Assembly (NCBI RefSeq): GCF_036321535.1
Contig: NC_087437.1
Span: 43,650,001 to 43,714,000 of the forward strand
DNA from: Camelus dromedarius
Taxonomy: Eukaryota
DNA length: 64,000 nucleotides
Direction: 5' to 3'
In this document: positions 12,132 through 25,990 of the stretch, one piece after another
How the letters are laid out: each line of letters begins with the position of its first letter
Numbering within the stretch: the first letter of the stretch is position 1
Program-made: the position numbers and the translations under genes
The notes under the pieces: generated by a model
The model's database searches: none
What the model was told of the DNA's origin: nothing
The model's input: the letters and a program-made list of their open reading frames with translations, nothing else

Positions 12132-15100
12132 GGGCCTTTTCTTTCTTGAAATGCCCCTCTCTATTGCTTTTTCCATCCCAACTTCTCTTTAAACTTTCCT
12201 AATACGTTCTGTGAAGGTCACATTAGGTTGGTGGTGCCACAGGCTCTCACTAATGACAACATAAGTAATTCCTCATTCTTAGAAAAAGAGCTGCCGAATA
12301 CTTGTTGCAGATAGAAACAAACATTTTAGAAGTTCTTCTGGGGTCCTGTTTGAAAAGTGCCCTACAAAAATGGCAGCTGCCCTGAGCGCACAGAGTCAGC
12401 ACATGGAATGCAATTTAGCCAGCACAACAGCCTACTGAGGTACTGGCCGCTCTTCAGAAAACTCAGAATGTTCACCAAGACTCGTATCCTTAATACCTGG
12501 CAGAACTCCCCTTAGCATCCAGATTTTCTGACTTACCAGGTCCAAGCTCTCTGACACTTAACATCATCCCCGGGAAAAGGGGCAAGTCAACGTGTTTCCC
12601 TTATGTTTTTTTGGTCTTTCATCTCTTAGAACAATTACTGACTACTGAAAGTAGACCACTTCTTTTCCTCATAAAATATACATGCAGATTTTCTTTTATG
12701 TTTTAGTTTGTTTTTCTTCAGATAATAACTGATGAAGGGAAAGGGAGTAATGGTTTCAATAAAGCTACTTTCAGCCTTTCTCCCCTTTATTTAATGTTTC
12801 TTAACCATGCCTTTAGACACTTAAAGAAGACAGTACTGATTTGAGAACAGATAATCAAATGATAATCCTCCTGCTTAATTTGTGGAGAGTTTAAAAAGGT
12901 CAAATATTATGCACAAAATTCTCTATAAATCATCATCTACTAAGGCTTAAAACTTGGGATTGGAGAAAACAGTAATTAAGAATCTGCTCTCTACTACAAA
13001 CACCACGTTTTCTATTGTTGAGAGTTATGTGTGCTCATTGAGGTGGAAATACAACACAGAACAACTGAATAACAATATTATTCTCCTCCCCCCAAAAATG
13101 TCTTTTTATTGTTATTTCATTGAAGAAAATGCCCTTTCACACTAAGTAAAACTGGGAGAATCGAAACAAAAGGGAAAAAAAAGTGTAGGGAAAATAATAG
13201 AAAAATAAGAGATGATTAAAATTGATTACTGCAAAACAATTGTGGTTTAGAGAATTTTTTAAAGGGGATGTCATAGATGTGCAAAACAGGTATATTGAGT
13301 CTTTTAAAAGGCAAATTTAGAGTGTTGCTAGTTTCTGACCAGATATTAGGACAAGAGGTGAGAGAGAGACCCCCATTAAAATGCTTGGTGAGCACTCCAG
13401 AGGCCGCCTTTGAGTTAATCGGTAATTTTTCACAGAGGACATCTAATCTATGAGTATAAATTACTTTGCACTCTTATTATTCCTTAATTGAAGTGCACCA
13501 ATGTGAAATTGCCGTAGATGTCGCAGGAATGATTCTAGCCTCAATTAACTTGGGTGGAATTGAAGCCCTTTTTTTCCCTGAACTGGGACTATTGTCTGAC
13601 ATCTTGTATTTATTTAAATTGTTGCTAGAAAATTAGAGGGAGACTGTGTGTGACTAGGTGTTTTATAAGGATGTTCTGGAGCCAAAAGAGCATCTACACC
13701 ATCTATTTCTATTTTAATCTATACCCTCTGATGCAGCTGTTTTGTGTAACAGATGTGCCACCAGCAGTAGCTTAATCTCCCTGGATTCCATTTGGGAAGT
13801 GTAGATTCATAGCACTCATTTCTTCCGAAGTGGCATTTAGAGTCTCTGTGATTTTTAATTCAAGAGGCAACCACCCCTACTTTTTTTTTTTAACCAGCTC
13901 TCCTACATAGCTGCTGTTGTCTAACAGATGAAACATGACGTAAGCTTTCTGTCGAGATGGTGGGGAGGGCACCATGAGTGAACTCGGTATTAGGCATCCC
14001 GTTCTACCAATTCTAAAAACCTTTGGAAGAACATATTGCCAGTTACTGCTGAGTATTAATAGGCAACTGTTTATTAAAGCAGTCTTCTGTTTTAAAACTG
14101 TAGTCTTCTGGTTTTTTCCCAGCCAGTATCATCTGGGAAAATATTACTGGTTTAATAGTTTTCACCTGGAATTAAAAACCATGAAGAAAATAAATATGGT
14201 CTCTAAATACACAGTAACTCAATAGATATAGATACAATTATCCTTACAAAGACTATGAAGTAATGATGAAATTGATTCCCAATTCTCAATATCACTAGTA
14301 AATATTATCCATATCAAGGATTACAGCTCTAGGTGTCTTCTAAAAGTAAGTTCCGTAAGTTCTCTATATGAACAAATTGATCAATTTATGTTTTGATTCA
14401 AATATTCTGCCTAATTATTTTTCACATTCTTAAGACTTACAACCATCTCCGAATATTGTCTCCAAAAGTCTCCTATTACATGAAAATATTACCTAATACA
14501 GTAACCTAATATGTTACCTAATTGTAACCTAATTGGCATTACTTGGAGATTAACACCAAAGGTGATTCTGTAACTTTGACAAAATTGGGCCCATTTTTTT
14601 ATTCAATTCAGGGTATATTTCTTGACTACCTATTATGTGACAAACCCTAGGGATACACATTAAGTGACTCCTAAACACCCAGTAGTCATTCACTCATCAG
14701 ATTATTTAGCTAGTCCCCAAACAAGTATTTTAGAAATAAGAATGGCAGTGTTGGCCCTGGTTAGGGCCTGCTGAGGTTAGAAGAAAGCAGAAGGATCTAA
14801 AAGAAATGCAGAAGCGGCAGGATTCCCACCACATATTTACTTACCTATTTCGACTAAGTCAAATTTAATGGAAATGAAGTCATTGATCTTTGAGCATATT
14901 GGTTGCTCTATATATGATCTTATCTCTAAATCCAACTGGTTATAACTGCAAAACCAGCTTTCCACATGCAGACAAACTTTTGTGTGAAGAATAGGCAGGC
15001 TATGCTTTATGAAAAAACTCACCAGGATAACCTTAGTTCCATTTTTAATAAGAAATTTTTCTGGATTCTAGAGGAATTATACTCATGAATTAATGGGAGG

Positions 15101-17999
15101 TTAAGTTTGTTGCAGTGGGAAAAATGGCTCTGACAATCAGCAGATGGTCTCACTGATGGACAGAATCAGTACGAACCAAAGAGAGGAAAGTGACAAGTGC
15201 GTGGAGCTAATCCAATTTAAGTGCCCATTGATCCTTATCATTGTTATGTTATGGACCAGGTAGGCATACGGAATAGAATAATCCTCAACAACCAGTAGCT
15301 CAAGTGCCTATTTAATTGGAGCATTTCCAAATCTGAAGACTGATACATCTTAAGCATTCTCTAAATTACTGTGAATCAATCATGCATTAGGGAAGATTGC
15401 CTATACTTCTTTATAATGCCAATAAAATTTATGAGTCGTCTTTGTTTTTAGGCATTACTTAGATACCAACGTCAATGGTGATTCTCTAGTCTTGACAGTT
15501 CTGTGCCCATTTTCATTTCAAGTCCATGTATGTTTATCGAGAGCCTATTATATGGTAAGCCCTAGGGATACACATGTCCTAGAAACTGTAAAAATAATCC
15601 TTGACCTCAACAGTCTCGCCACTCCCTCATTTGCTTCTTAAGATCAGTTCTTCACTCTTATCTGGCAGAAGGTATGTTCAAGATCTTTGAGAGAAAAGCC
15701 CACCTCCATTTCTCCCTTAAGAATCTGTTTCTCAGAATCTTTATGGAGGACTTTGTGGCACATCCTTCTTGTCTTAGCTCTCTCCCACAATTCTACCTCT
15801 TATGCAAACTTCTCATCTAAATGATTTTATCAGTGCAGCCGGGAAGTCTCTCCACTCTTTTAACTTTACTTACAGTTATCTATAGTCCCTGGGTAGTAGA
15901 CAGCTGTCAGCTAGACCAACTTGCATTCATCATTCACCAGTCAAGCAGCCTAGCTCGGAGATGAGATAGAGAGCCTAAGCCAACAGCCATGACAGCTATC
16001 ACAGGAAGTCACTAACAGCCATCTCAGCGGGAAGCCTCCCACCTCTGAAAGACTAGCGTTTTCAGTCTCCACAGTGATGGCTTCTGCTCTGCTTTGCTCC
16101 AATGTCTGACCTCATCTGAAGGAGGACTGAGAGTGTCTGTAAGTTTGCCTAAAAATTTGCAGCTGTGTGATATAGGTAAATGACAGATTCTCGAAAAAAG
16201 TTATCATCCACAGGACATGTTTTTAGCCTGTGTCTGTACGCAAGAAATAAACAGACCAGTTGTGACTCATTCCTCCATGCTGACTGTGTTAGTGAGTGAT
16301 GTGGATCACTGCACAATTAGTTCAGCTTCGGAACTGACAGGAGCCCGACTTCCAGCTCCACCTTCACATTTGCAAGTGGAGCTCAGCCAGATCAAGATCC
16401 CATTTTGACCAAGGAGAAATGATACCCAAATTCACGCATACATCGTGTCCTCCTATAGATGATGGCCTGCCATGTGCTAGAGGCTGGCAGGGGCTATAAA
16501 TATGATTTTTTCCCTCCCCTCAATCTCATTCAAATGTTTATATTCTAATATGGAAAAGAATCATGTACATAATTATTTATAAAGATTATCCACAATAACT
16601 ATGAATAGCCTCCAATTCAGCAAACGTGTATTGAATACTTATGATTTTTTTAGGATATGTACTGGGGACTTATTGCAAAATAAAGAATTTTAGTATAAAG
16701 ATGGTATTTCAGATTATAGTGTGGGAGGTTAGAATCAAAAATGGACACAGTAATCCAGTATACAGTCTTGACATTAGAGTTCTTTATATTACTCCCATAC
16801 GGTCATTTTCCCCACTCTTGCTTCTCTGCCTTCTACTCTGTGGCTTCTCCATGCCCAAAAGATTTGTGATGGCCCCATATACAACTGAAAGTTTCATATG
16901 AAACTTGTGAGGAGCCCTAAAGAGACTATAACAGTCGTATTGGTGCCCACGCCTTTGTCTGTTAATGATACAGCCTTAGACTCTGAACGAAATGGAGCAC
17001 ACCTGAAGTTCCTATTGCTCGATGTCAAAACACCTGTTGTATAGTGCCCTTCTCCCGTCTTCGATATTATGTCACTGCTTCCTTTATGAACAGCAGCAAG
17101 CTGAGAACTGCATTTCTTCCTTCATTTTTATTATACTGTGATTGTTCTAATCTACGTGTTGCTTTTTTTCCATGCCTCTCTAAACTCAGTGCCCAGTGCT
17201 GTGCCTGTCACATGCTCCAGTGCGTTTTCTCTTGAGCTGAACTCTAAGACCTATTCTAATAATTAAGAGAACCCTCCCCCCAAGAACTGCATGGTCCTGT
17301 GCAGAAGACATGAAGAACGGAGCACTCAGGGCAGAGATCTAATGCCAATCTCTTTAAGCTGCATGACCAAGGAACATACCCCTCTCCTGAAATAAGACGA
17401 GACAGCTCTGTCCCCAGGAGCTCTGACAGCCGGCTCTCTCTGAGATGAGTGCTGATATCAAGTGAAGCTAGTTCACAGTCCCTTTAAAATTAATGTGGAA
17501 ATGAATAAGGACTTTATCCACTTACCTGCTTTATGAAAAGTGAGTCCTGTTCTACTTAAATGAAGGCTGAAGAAACCACAAGTCATTAGCCTGGAAATAC
17601 TTTAGATGAAAGACAAATTTTCTGCTGAGTTATGTTTAAAACCAGGGGAGTTTTCTCTCACTTTCCTTTTTTGCTTAGTTATTTTTCTCTTCTCTGATTG
17701 TGCCTTTGTCCTGTAAGAAGGAGGCTGCTGTGTTTCATTGTCACAAATGGAGCATGCATTTGTTCTACTGTATGACCTAGGGTAAGGAGAAGATTATATT
17801 ATCAAGGAATGAAAGGAGGTTATATAGGTTGGATGATTTGTTAAAGGAGAAAAAAGTTAAGTGTTCAGAAGAGAAATGCTCAGAAGCCCAGGAAAAGTCA
17901 TCCTTTAGATTGCTATAGCAGAGGAATAGTTTGCTTAAAAAAGATCATACATAAAGGCAAAACTTCATTTTCAAAATATTAAGTGCATGCTTTTTTCCA

Positions 18000-18160
18000 G
18001 GACAAAGCCTTTAAGTCTTACCCTGTCGTTAACTCACTAGGTGACCTCAAACCTTTACCTACTATTTAGGGTTATTATCTAAGTAAAATGAAATACAGTA
18101 TGCAAAGCACTTAACCAGGCACCTAGCATAATGTAAGATTCTCAATAAATTCTAGTTATA
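18000..18160 (+). mobile_element. MIR SINE
   Basis: aaatgaaatacagtatgcaaagcacttaac...cacctagcataatgtaag...ctcaataaattctagttat matches the MIR 3' tail. Confidence 0.7.
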
Positions 18161-19305
18161 TTACAGAGGACATAGTTATATTATATAGGAAAATAATTAT
18201 TATTAATTTCTATATAATAGAATAGGCATTAGTAAAAATCATGTAATTAGTATTCTGGAAAGACCATATATATTATATATTATATATATATAACTTTTTA
18301 TAGTGTATATATTAAAATGTTTTTTAAATTTGAATTTTATTTATTTGGTTTAAATTAGGGATCTGTTTGTGTTCAGGGGAAAGGGTTGTAAAAGAAAAAA
18401 ATGGTAGCTTGAGGAGTGAGACTGGAGTGCAGAGAAACTTTCAGGTGGCAAATGAAATACAAGTAGAACACGGATGTAGCTGATAGCCTGGAGGAAGACT
18501 CTGGGGGAAAAAGGAATAGAAGTCTGACTTGGCTGAATCAAAGAGGCTGGAAAAAAGGGAAGGAGAAGGAGGTTGCACTAGTGGAGCAGGCTTGGTGCTG
18601 GGTCTGGAAGCTGAGTTTGAGAAGTTAACATTCTTTGCATCTGATCACAAATAATTTAAGAGGATCTGCAGCCCAGCTCGGGGAAGTGAGGGCTGTGACC
18701 TAGGATATATGTAATCAAATACTGATCACCCCTTCTTACCCTCGAAGCCGTGCTTGTTTCTCCGAGTGAAGTTTCTCTGGTGGAATCTGACATGCTGTTT
18801 TTAGTAAGGAAAGGGCTTTTTTTGTTTTACCATTGAGGATGGAATGACTGTACCAGCTCAGCTAAGTAGGAAGTCAAGGTTTGCTCTTTTGCCAAACTTG
18901 CACCTATCACAGGGGCTGCCTGTTTTTCATGAGTCAGCCCATCACACTCACTTTGGTGGAATTTTTCATCTTTGAGGAGTGCAATATTAACCAAGTCTAA
19001 TTTTAAGAAACAAAAGGAAACTATGTACAACAGTTAACAAAACAGAAAACTGCTATTTTTAATAACTCTAAAATATTCAGAGAAATTGTTACTAAGAAAT
19101 GAAAACTTTACAAATTATGTTCACTTAATAGTGGACCGATTTGCAGTGTAAAATATACTATTATTTTTTCTTTGTAAGAAGAGTGGGATGGGGAAAGAGT
19201 CTAAGCCTGTTTATACACAAATACAATCCTAAACGATTTGCAGAAGCTTGCTGTGGACCTCTTGGGCCAGCAGCTACATCAGGCACCTTTGTGTAAATTG
19301 GGAGG

Positions 19306-19324
19306 AGGCGCCCCCTGGAGGCCA
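19306..19324 (-). promoter_or_regulatory. Candidate CTCF binding site
   Basis: Minus strand TGGCCTCCAGGGGGCGCCT closely matches the CTCF core consensus TGGCCACCAGGGGGCGCTA; CpG retained in otherwise CpG-poor DNA. Confidence 0.7.
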
Positions 19325-20384
19325 ACTTCATTGTGCCGTGACAATTTCCTCACTATGAGGGGGCTGGGTTAATGAGCAACCCTATGGCACCTGGCAGAGC
19401 TGGTCAAATGCAATATACCAGCGGCCTTTCCCTTATATAAGCTCAAAAAAATTCTTAGCATGCTGCATAATGACTTTTCTCTTGGCTTGGATAACAGGTG
19501 AAACACCTAAAGAGCAAATGATTTTCCATGGAATTTATAACATTGCTTTTGTTATAATTGACTTTATTCAAATAAATTGCAAATTAAACTACTATAACTT
19601 GGCTCTGATCAACAGATATTCATCTGTATCAAGTACTGATACATTTATATAAGAGTTGGGGAATAGATTCCTACAATGTAGACAAAAAAGATTTGGACTA
19701 TTTTGCCTGAAGGGTAAAGATTTTCCTTGAATATCCTGCCAGAAAAATCTGCCAGATGTTTTCCATCTTCTCTGAGTGCAGAACAAAAGGAAACTGTCTT
19801 AATCACATAGCTAATTCGACTCAGAAAAGAATTTCCTAGGAAAGAGAATAATAAAGTTAATTGATAAGAGAAAATTTTTCCCAAGGTACATAGAAATGTA
19901 AAAGTAATAGGAAGGATTTTATTGCCCCACATTTTAAAATCCAGCTTTTCCTTTCCTTTGGAACTAGAAGGATAATTTGTAGATAAAAATCAACATTTTT
20001 AACTGCAAGAAAAGTTAATAAAGTTGCATAGAATAGACTTTGCACATTCATTTTGTTGTTGTTGTTGTGGGAGAACTGATTTTTGCATGGAAAAATACCC
20101 CTGCTTGTCTACAATAGTTCAGGGCAGATGAAAGGTAGCCTTGCAGAGCAGGTCAACAGAGTACGTAGTTTCATAGACCAAACTTTTGCCATCACAGACC
20201 TATAACACAAAACACTATTACATGGAAATAGCTGGTTGGTCAAACAAAAAGAAGAGGGGACATATACAATGTTGTGAATAAGTCTGAGTAAAGAAACCCA
20301 CAGCCTGTTTCTTACCCTTTGCAAACATTTGGCTTAGAAGATAGGAAAATGGGGGGAAATGATGGGAAAATGGGGGTCCTCAAC

Positions 20385-20500
20385 AGCTGCGTGACATCAG
20401 GCAATTTACATTCACTCTCTGATGCTCAGTTTTCTCATCTGTAAAACTATGTGATTGCCCTAGTTACTTACTAACATTCTTTCCAGCCCTAATATTTTTG
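20385..20500 (+). mobile_element. MIR fragment
   Basis: agctgcgtgacatcaggcaatttacattcactctctgatgctcagttttctcatctgtaaaa matches the MIR core. Confidence 0.75.
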
Positions 20501-20535
20501 GTAGGAATTCCTTACATTCTTTACCTTTAAGGCAT

Positions 20536-20712
20536 CATAGTTCTCAAATTTTAGTGTATGTGGAAATCACCTGGGGACTTGTAGAAAGTGCAGATTTCAC
20601 CCCCAGAGATTCTGGACACCTTCCTCAGACATTCTGATTCTAAAGAATCATTTTCACATACTCTCTGTGGGGTGAGATTGCAGGAAGGCCAAGAAATACA
20701 CTTGAGAAATAT
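20536..20712. mobile_element. MER5-like hAT-Charlie DNA transposon relic
   Basis: gttctcaaa...aatcacctggggacttgt...tgcagatt...cccagagattctg...cacttgagaa; termini ttctcaa / ttgagaa are inverted repeats. Confidence 0.75.
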
Positions 20713-23700
20713 TTGAATAAAATCTAACTTTCTGAATAACAGGAGACATGTCTTACTAGACTATATATTGAGCAACTATCAGAGTGTCTGGCAAAAAGGA
20801 GGTGCCCAATGAATGTTGATTTAATGAACTAATTTTCATATAAAAATTCTTATTTGTGATATTAATGGGTCTTCATGATTATCTGACTCTTCAAGAGAAA
20901 GAAGGGGCATTTCTAACAGAGGGCAGATAGGCTATACATAGGTTCTTTAGAAACTACAAATTGATGTAGATGTGCTTTGTAAGTTAGCAAAGTTTTTAAA
21001 AACTCATACCTTGTCTTCAATATAGCTTCCTTCCAACCCTCAAAGTAAAAGGAAAAAAAACTGAATTCTGCACTTGTATGCCTTTTACTAAGTGGCATAA
21101 TAACAGGATGCTCTTTTTATTCTGAAAAAGGACTAACTCTTTACATTAGAGTGCTAGAAAATCAAGCTGTCACTTCAGCCCACAGCAACTGTCTCTTGCA
21201 CCACCTCTGCCAAATGTCACCCTGCCTCTCTGGGGTTTGATTCTGCCACTGGATCCGGGGGAGTATGCCTCACTGCACAGCTTGTTACATCAGTCTCTGT
21301 GCCTCCAAGTCTCAGATTCTTTCTCATTTCACCTCATGTATATTAATACGGAGATTAGTTTCACTTTTTTTCTTGAATAGCTAATCACTTGGCAGCCAGC
21401 ATCCTACTGTGGCATTACAGGTCAAAATCAGCCCAAAAGGACAGGGACTTCAAGCTGGAAAGTATAATGCTCCGAGAAAACTGCACCCAGGACCGGACCT
21501 CAGCCTTGTCACCCAGACATAAAAGATTTATTTTCAATTACCAATCCAAGCTTAATGTGAGGGCACCCTGGGGGAGATTCAGATCATTGCTTCTTCTAAA
21601 TTGACCTTCTATTTGTTTTAATATTTCCTTCGCTATCGAACAGCATTCCATGACCCTCTGAGCTGGAAATCCACATTAGCTACTGTAGGAACTACTGGGC
21701 CGGGAAAACTTTTGAAAAAGTTCTCTAACTGAGGGCCGAGTTCCATGAATAATTTCCCCTGCGATGAGCCTTCACTGGTTAACATAACAGTGGATTTCGG
21801 GCTTCAGGCAGTATTTCTGATGGGTTGCAGGGGCCAGTGTCACCCTGTTACTTAGGTTTCAGTAGAACCCAAAAGCCAAGAATTATTCCAATTTTCAATA
21901 TGAGGTGGATTTATTGTTAACATCTAATCAAGACCTATCACATATCCCTTTGGCGCTAGTAAATAAGATTACCCGAGGCTAGCTGCCGGTGTGCTGCCCT
22001 GGACGCTGGAATTAGTGGTTTGCCTCCGGATATTTTGGGCCCCTGTTCTAGTGCCTTTATGTAGGCTTAACAGCTGCTCCAAAATGCATGCCATATGGCC
22101 CTAATCTAGGGTTCACAAGCTTGTCTTTTAAAAACTACTGATTGAAACTTCCTAGAAAAAGTTAGATTAAAAAAAAAAAAAAAGGTCTTCATAAGTTGAA
22201 ATTTGGGAGAGTGAACAATTTGGATTTTCATTCAAATTTAATCAGAGATCTGATTACTGGGAAGTATCTTAGTGTAACTGTCTTTATGTTGTAGCCTTCG
22301 CTACTTTTAACCTGAGGCTTTTCTCTTTCTCCGTGTGTTTGTAGACCATTTGTTGCAGAATGCTTACACCATTCTTCGTTTTCGCCTTTGAATCTATTAT
22401 GCTTATAATCATGGATAATTGTATTAGATGAAAGTAAACATATTACCTTCATTAGGTTTATCTTGTGGGTGTTTAGTTTTTCCTTAGTGATTGAGTCTAC
22501 GTAACATTAGGAATGGTGCTGGATTTTTCTGGTATTTGTAAACCAGAATAGTCCAACTATATACCTATTCAGGCTATACATAAAAAGAAATCATTAACCA
22601 GTTCTTTCTTGCCATATGCATTTTTAACTGTTTTTTCTGGAATCAAGGGCACTTAGAAATAGTCACCTTTAACTTCACAAACACTTGCTGTGCACCTCTT
22701 ATAGGGAAGGCACTGTGCCCCATCTGGGGAGAGGGTCAAACAAATAATTACAATCCACTGTTGGTATATACTTATAAAAGGATGTCCAGAGTAAACCCGG
22801 CATTTAGAGGAACATGGACTGTGTCTAAATTTCTCCCAACAACGATATTTGAACTGAGCCTTCGAGACTGAATAAGAGTTGACCATTTAAACAAGCCAAA
22901 GAACAGTGGTACTTTGCAGAGAAGAACCAGTGGATGAGAGTGAAGTGATGGAATCAGAGATAGGTTCTGTCTCATTGCAATGACTGAAGTGTTTTGATGA
23001 CTTTTGAGATTAAAAGAAAATATTCAAGATTATTATAGTGCTTAGGCTTTTTCTTAAACAGAAAATTTTTATTCCAAAATTACAAAGGAGATTCTAAATG
23101 TATTGAACATAGTATATATTAATATTATCCCGTCCCTAGGGTATTTGGACAAGCAAGTGAAAGGCGCTATGCAAATTTTGCTACATTCTCCATCAGGCAA
23201 GAGAGCCGCGTGATAGGAGTCCTGCTAGGAAGTTCATTTGTTTGTTATTTATGTATTGATTATTTCATGGAATATTTATTCAGTGGTAATTAAGTTAAGT
23301 GTCAGGAACAAAAAGATGTCCTCTGTCTACTCAGGGAAATAGACCAATACACCAGTGATAATATAATTTGGCAAGAGTTCAGATGGAGGTAGCCCAGAGA
23401 CTGGGTGCTAAATCGTCTTGTCTACATCTTTCCTGTCTCATACGGTTTTCAATGTGCATTTGAAGTGTTCAGTGAAAGAATTGTTCCCTTGTCCTCCTCA
23501 TGGACTTTATTATATTCTATTGACACCATCTAGGTAATTTAAACTACCATGCTATTTCCATAAACCTCAAACCTCAAACTTTAAGTCACTAAAATTATTT
23601 TTAGCTAGGGTGAGTTATAGCTTTGTTATTGCTACCTGTTTGGTTTGATGTGCACATCTGTGTTTGTGTCTGTATTGGGGTGTTGGCACTTCTGTATGTG

Positions 23701-23939
23701 GTGTTAGTGAGATTATTGTGTTGTTCCAGATTGGCAGTGACCTCATTGTTTGCCACTTTTTCACAGATGAGGTGTCCCTACACTCCAATATTCAGCACAC
23801 TTCAGTTTCTATTTTTGAAACTACTAAAATATTTTGTGACTTTTGTAATTAGTTTTTGTAATCTTAATATGCTTTACTAAATTACTTTGTAAATTTACTT
23901 CATTTTGTAATCACTAAAAATTTTTCATTGCTTTACATA

Positions 23940-24900
23940 TGAAAAGACTATTCCAAAATATTAACCAAAAGGAAGTCAAAGACCCCCAACAATTAGTTAG
24001 AGGTTTTTGCAAAAAATGTGCTGAAGTAAGAAGGTGCCCAAGGATGACAGGCACATGTCAGAACGACACAGGAACAGCATGGAGAGGCTCCCACTGGACA
24101 AATGTGGGACAATTTCAGCCTCAAAATAAATAATAATAGTAAAAAATTATAACCCTGAGAATAATGTAAGAGCCCATGAGTCTATACTGATATGAATGAA
24201 TGTACAAATGAATGCAAATCAGAAAGAAAGGCTTTTTCTTACAGCCAGTTCCAACTAATAATAAACAAGTGATGAATTTAATATTTGTTTCAGATAAGAA
24301 TCATGAACTGATACTAAATTAGCGGTTGAAAGTGTGACAAGAAACAGGATATTCACATTGTCTCTCCCTAACCTGTCAAATTTGTACTTATTAACTGCAA
24401 AGGGAAAAATAATAATATGTTAATCACAGAGAAACCTGGCAACTCACCACATTAACCAAATGATCATGGGAAAAATCAACCAAGTGCCTCCTGTTATGAT
24501 GCACTGAGATGAAAACATCATTACTTCTGTGGTCTTTCTGCCCAAAATTCATAACCTGAGGAAATATAATCATGAGGGAACATCAGATAAACTCTAACTG
24601 AGGGACATTCTATACAATAACTGACCTATATTTCTCAAAAAGTATCAAAGTCAAAAGAAGCATATATGGACCAACAAACTGTTTGAAGTTAAAGAGATTA
24701 AACAGAAAATAAATTCAACATGTGATTTCAGATTTGATAGGAAAGGGACAGGGGTAGGGAAAGATGAAGAGAGAGAAGGAAGGAAGGAAAGAAAATATTA
24801 GGAAGTGAGAAACCTGGGTGAAAGGGCGCATGGTAATTTTTTATACTATTTTTGAAATGTTTCTGTAATACTGAAAGTATTCAAAAATAGAAAGCTTCAA
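23940..24900 (+). mobile_element. L1MC-like 3' region
   Basis: ggctcccactggacaaatgtgggacaattt...catgagtctatactgat...tgagggacattctatacaataactg resembles old L1M 3' UTRs. Confidence 0.7.
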
Positions 24901-25869
24901 AATCATTAAATCAGATTAACTTTTAATAGAAAATAATATAATAAAAACAGCATTTAATTAAAACCAGATTTTACTAATCATACCTTAGAATGACATTCAT
25001 CTTCTCAAAAAAATCATATGATGGTAGGAATAAAATAAATAAAATAATCTGGCTTGGTCAATATTCATATGAAATTAATTAAGTTGTCACTTTCTTCATT
25101 ACCCAGACCTATGTCCTATCGTCCCCTTTTTTATTATTCGTGTCCTTCAAAGGGGTCACCTATTGTGAGATTAAACACAACATGCCTCCTCCCCACTCAA
25201 CTCCCAGCCACATGCAGTGGACGACTGCTGCCTGCTTTGTAATGGTCAAAATTACTCATATCTAACTTTTTTCCTCCATTTTCTCCTACAGTCTAAAATA
25301 TGTGCAACTAATATGTGTTAGCAATTTTGCTAACTATTCTAAAATAATGAGCGATCAGCAAGTCGAGACACAATGTCTTCTATGTAATCATCATCATGGT
25401 ATTTTGGCTCACAAAACTGTTCTCATTACAATAAACCCAATTAAATGTTTGAGTTGAATTCTAAGGCACTACCTGCAGTGAATACAAACATCTTCTTTAC
25501 CCTTAATGGGATTCCTTAAATGGGTGTATGTCATAACAAATACCCTTACTGCCTGAATAAAACTTAGTGGGCAACGTATGCATTTTCAATTGTCTTGCCA
25601 ACTATAGTCTTTAGAACAAAAGCCTCTGTGGTAAATTTAACCTTGTTGTCTGTATACATATGTTCAACTGTTTTATCATTTTTAACTTTTTTCTTTGAAT
25701 TCTTTTGAAATTCATATTTCCTTTCAATAAAAATGGAAAAGTGGTTTATTATTTTTTAATGAAACAAATGGTAATGAAGAAAATGTCAAATTTAGTTACT
25801 TAAAACCAAAGCATTTTTACCCAGTGTATATTAAGCTCTCTTGTGCTCCATAAACATTATCTCTTTTAA

Positions 25870-25990
25870 TAATGATAACTGAACAGGGTAGTATCATGAT
25901 TATTAACATTATCTGCTAGGAAACTGAGACTCAGAGGAGCTAACAACCTTGCTCACACAGTAACTTGCTTACACATCCAAGTTGTCCTGC
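25870..25990 (-). mobile_element. MIR fragment
   Basis: ggaaactgagactcagagg...aaccttgctca is the antisense MIR core. Confidence 0.65.
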
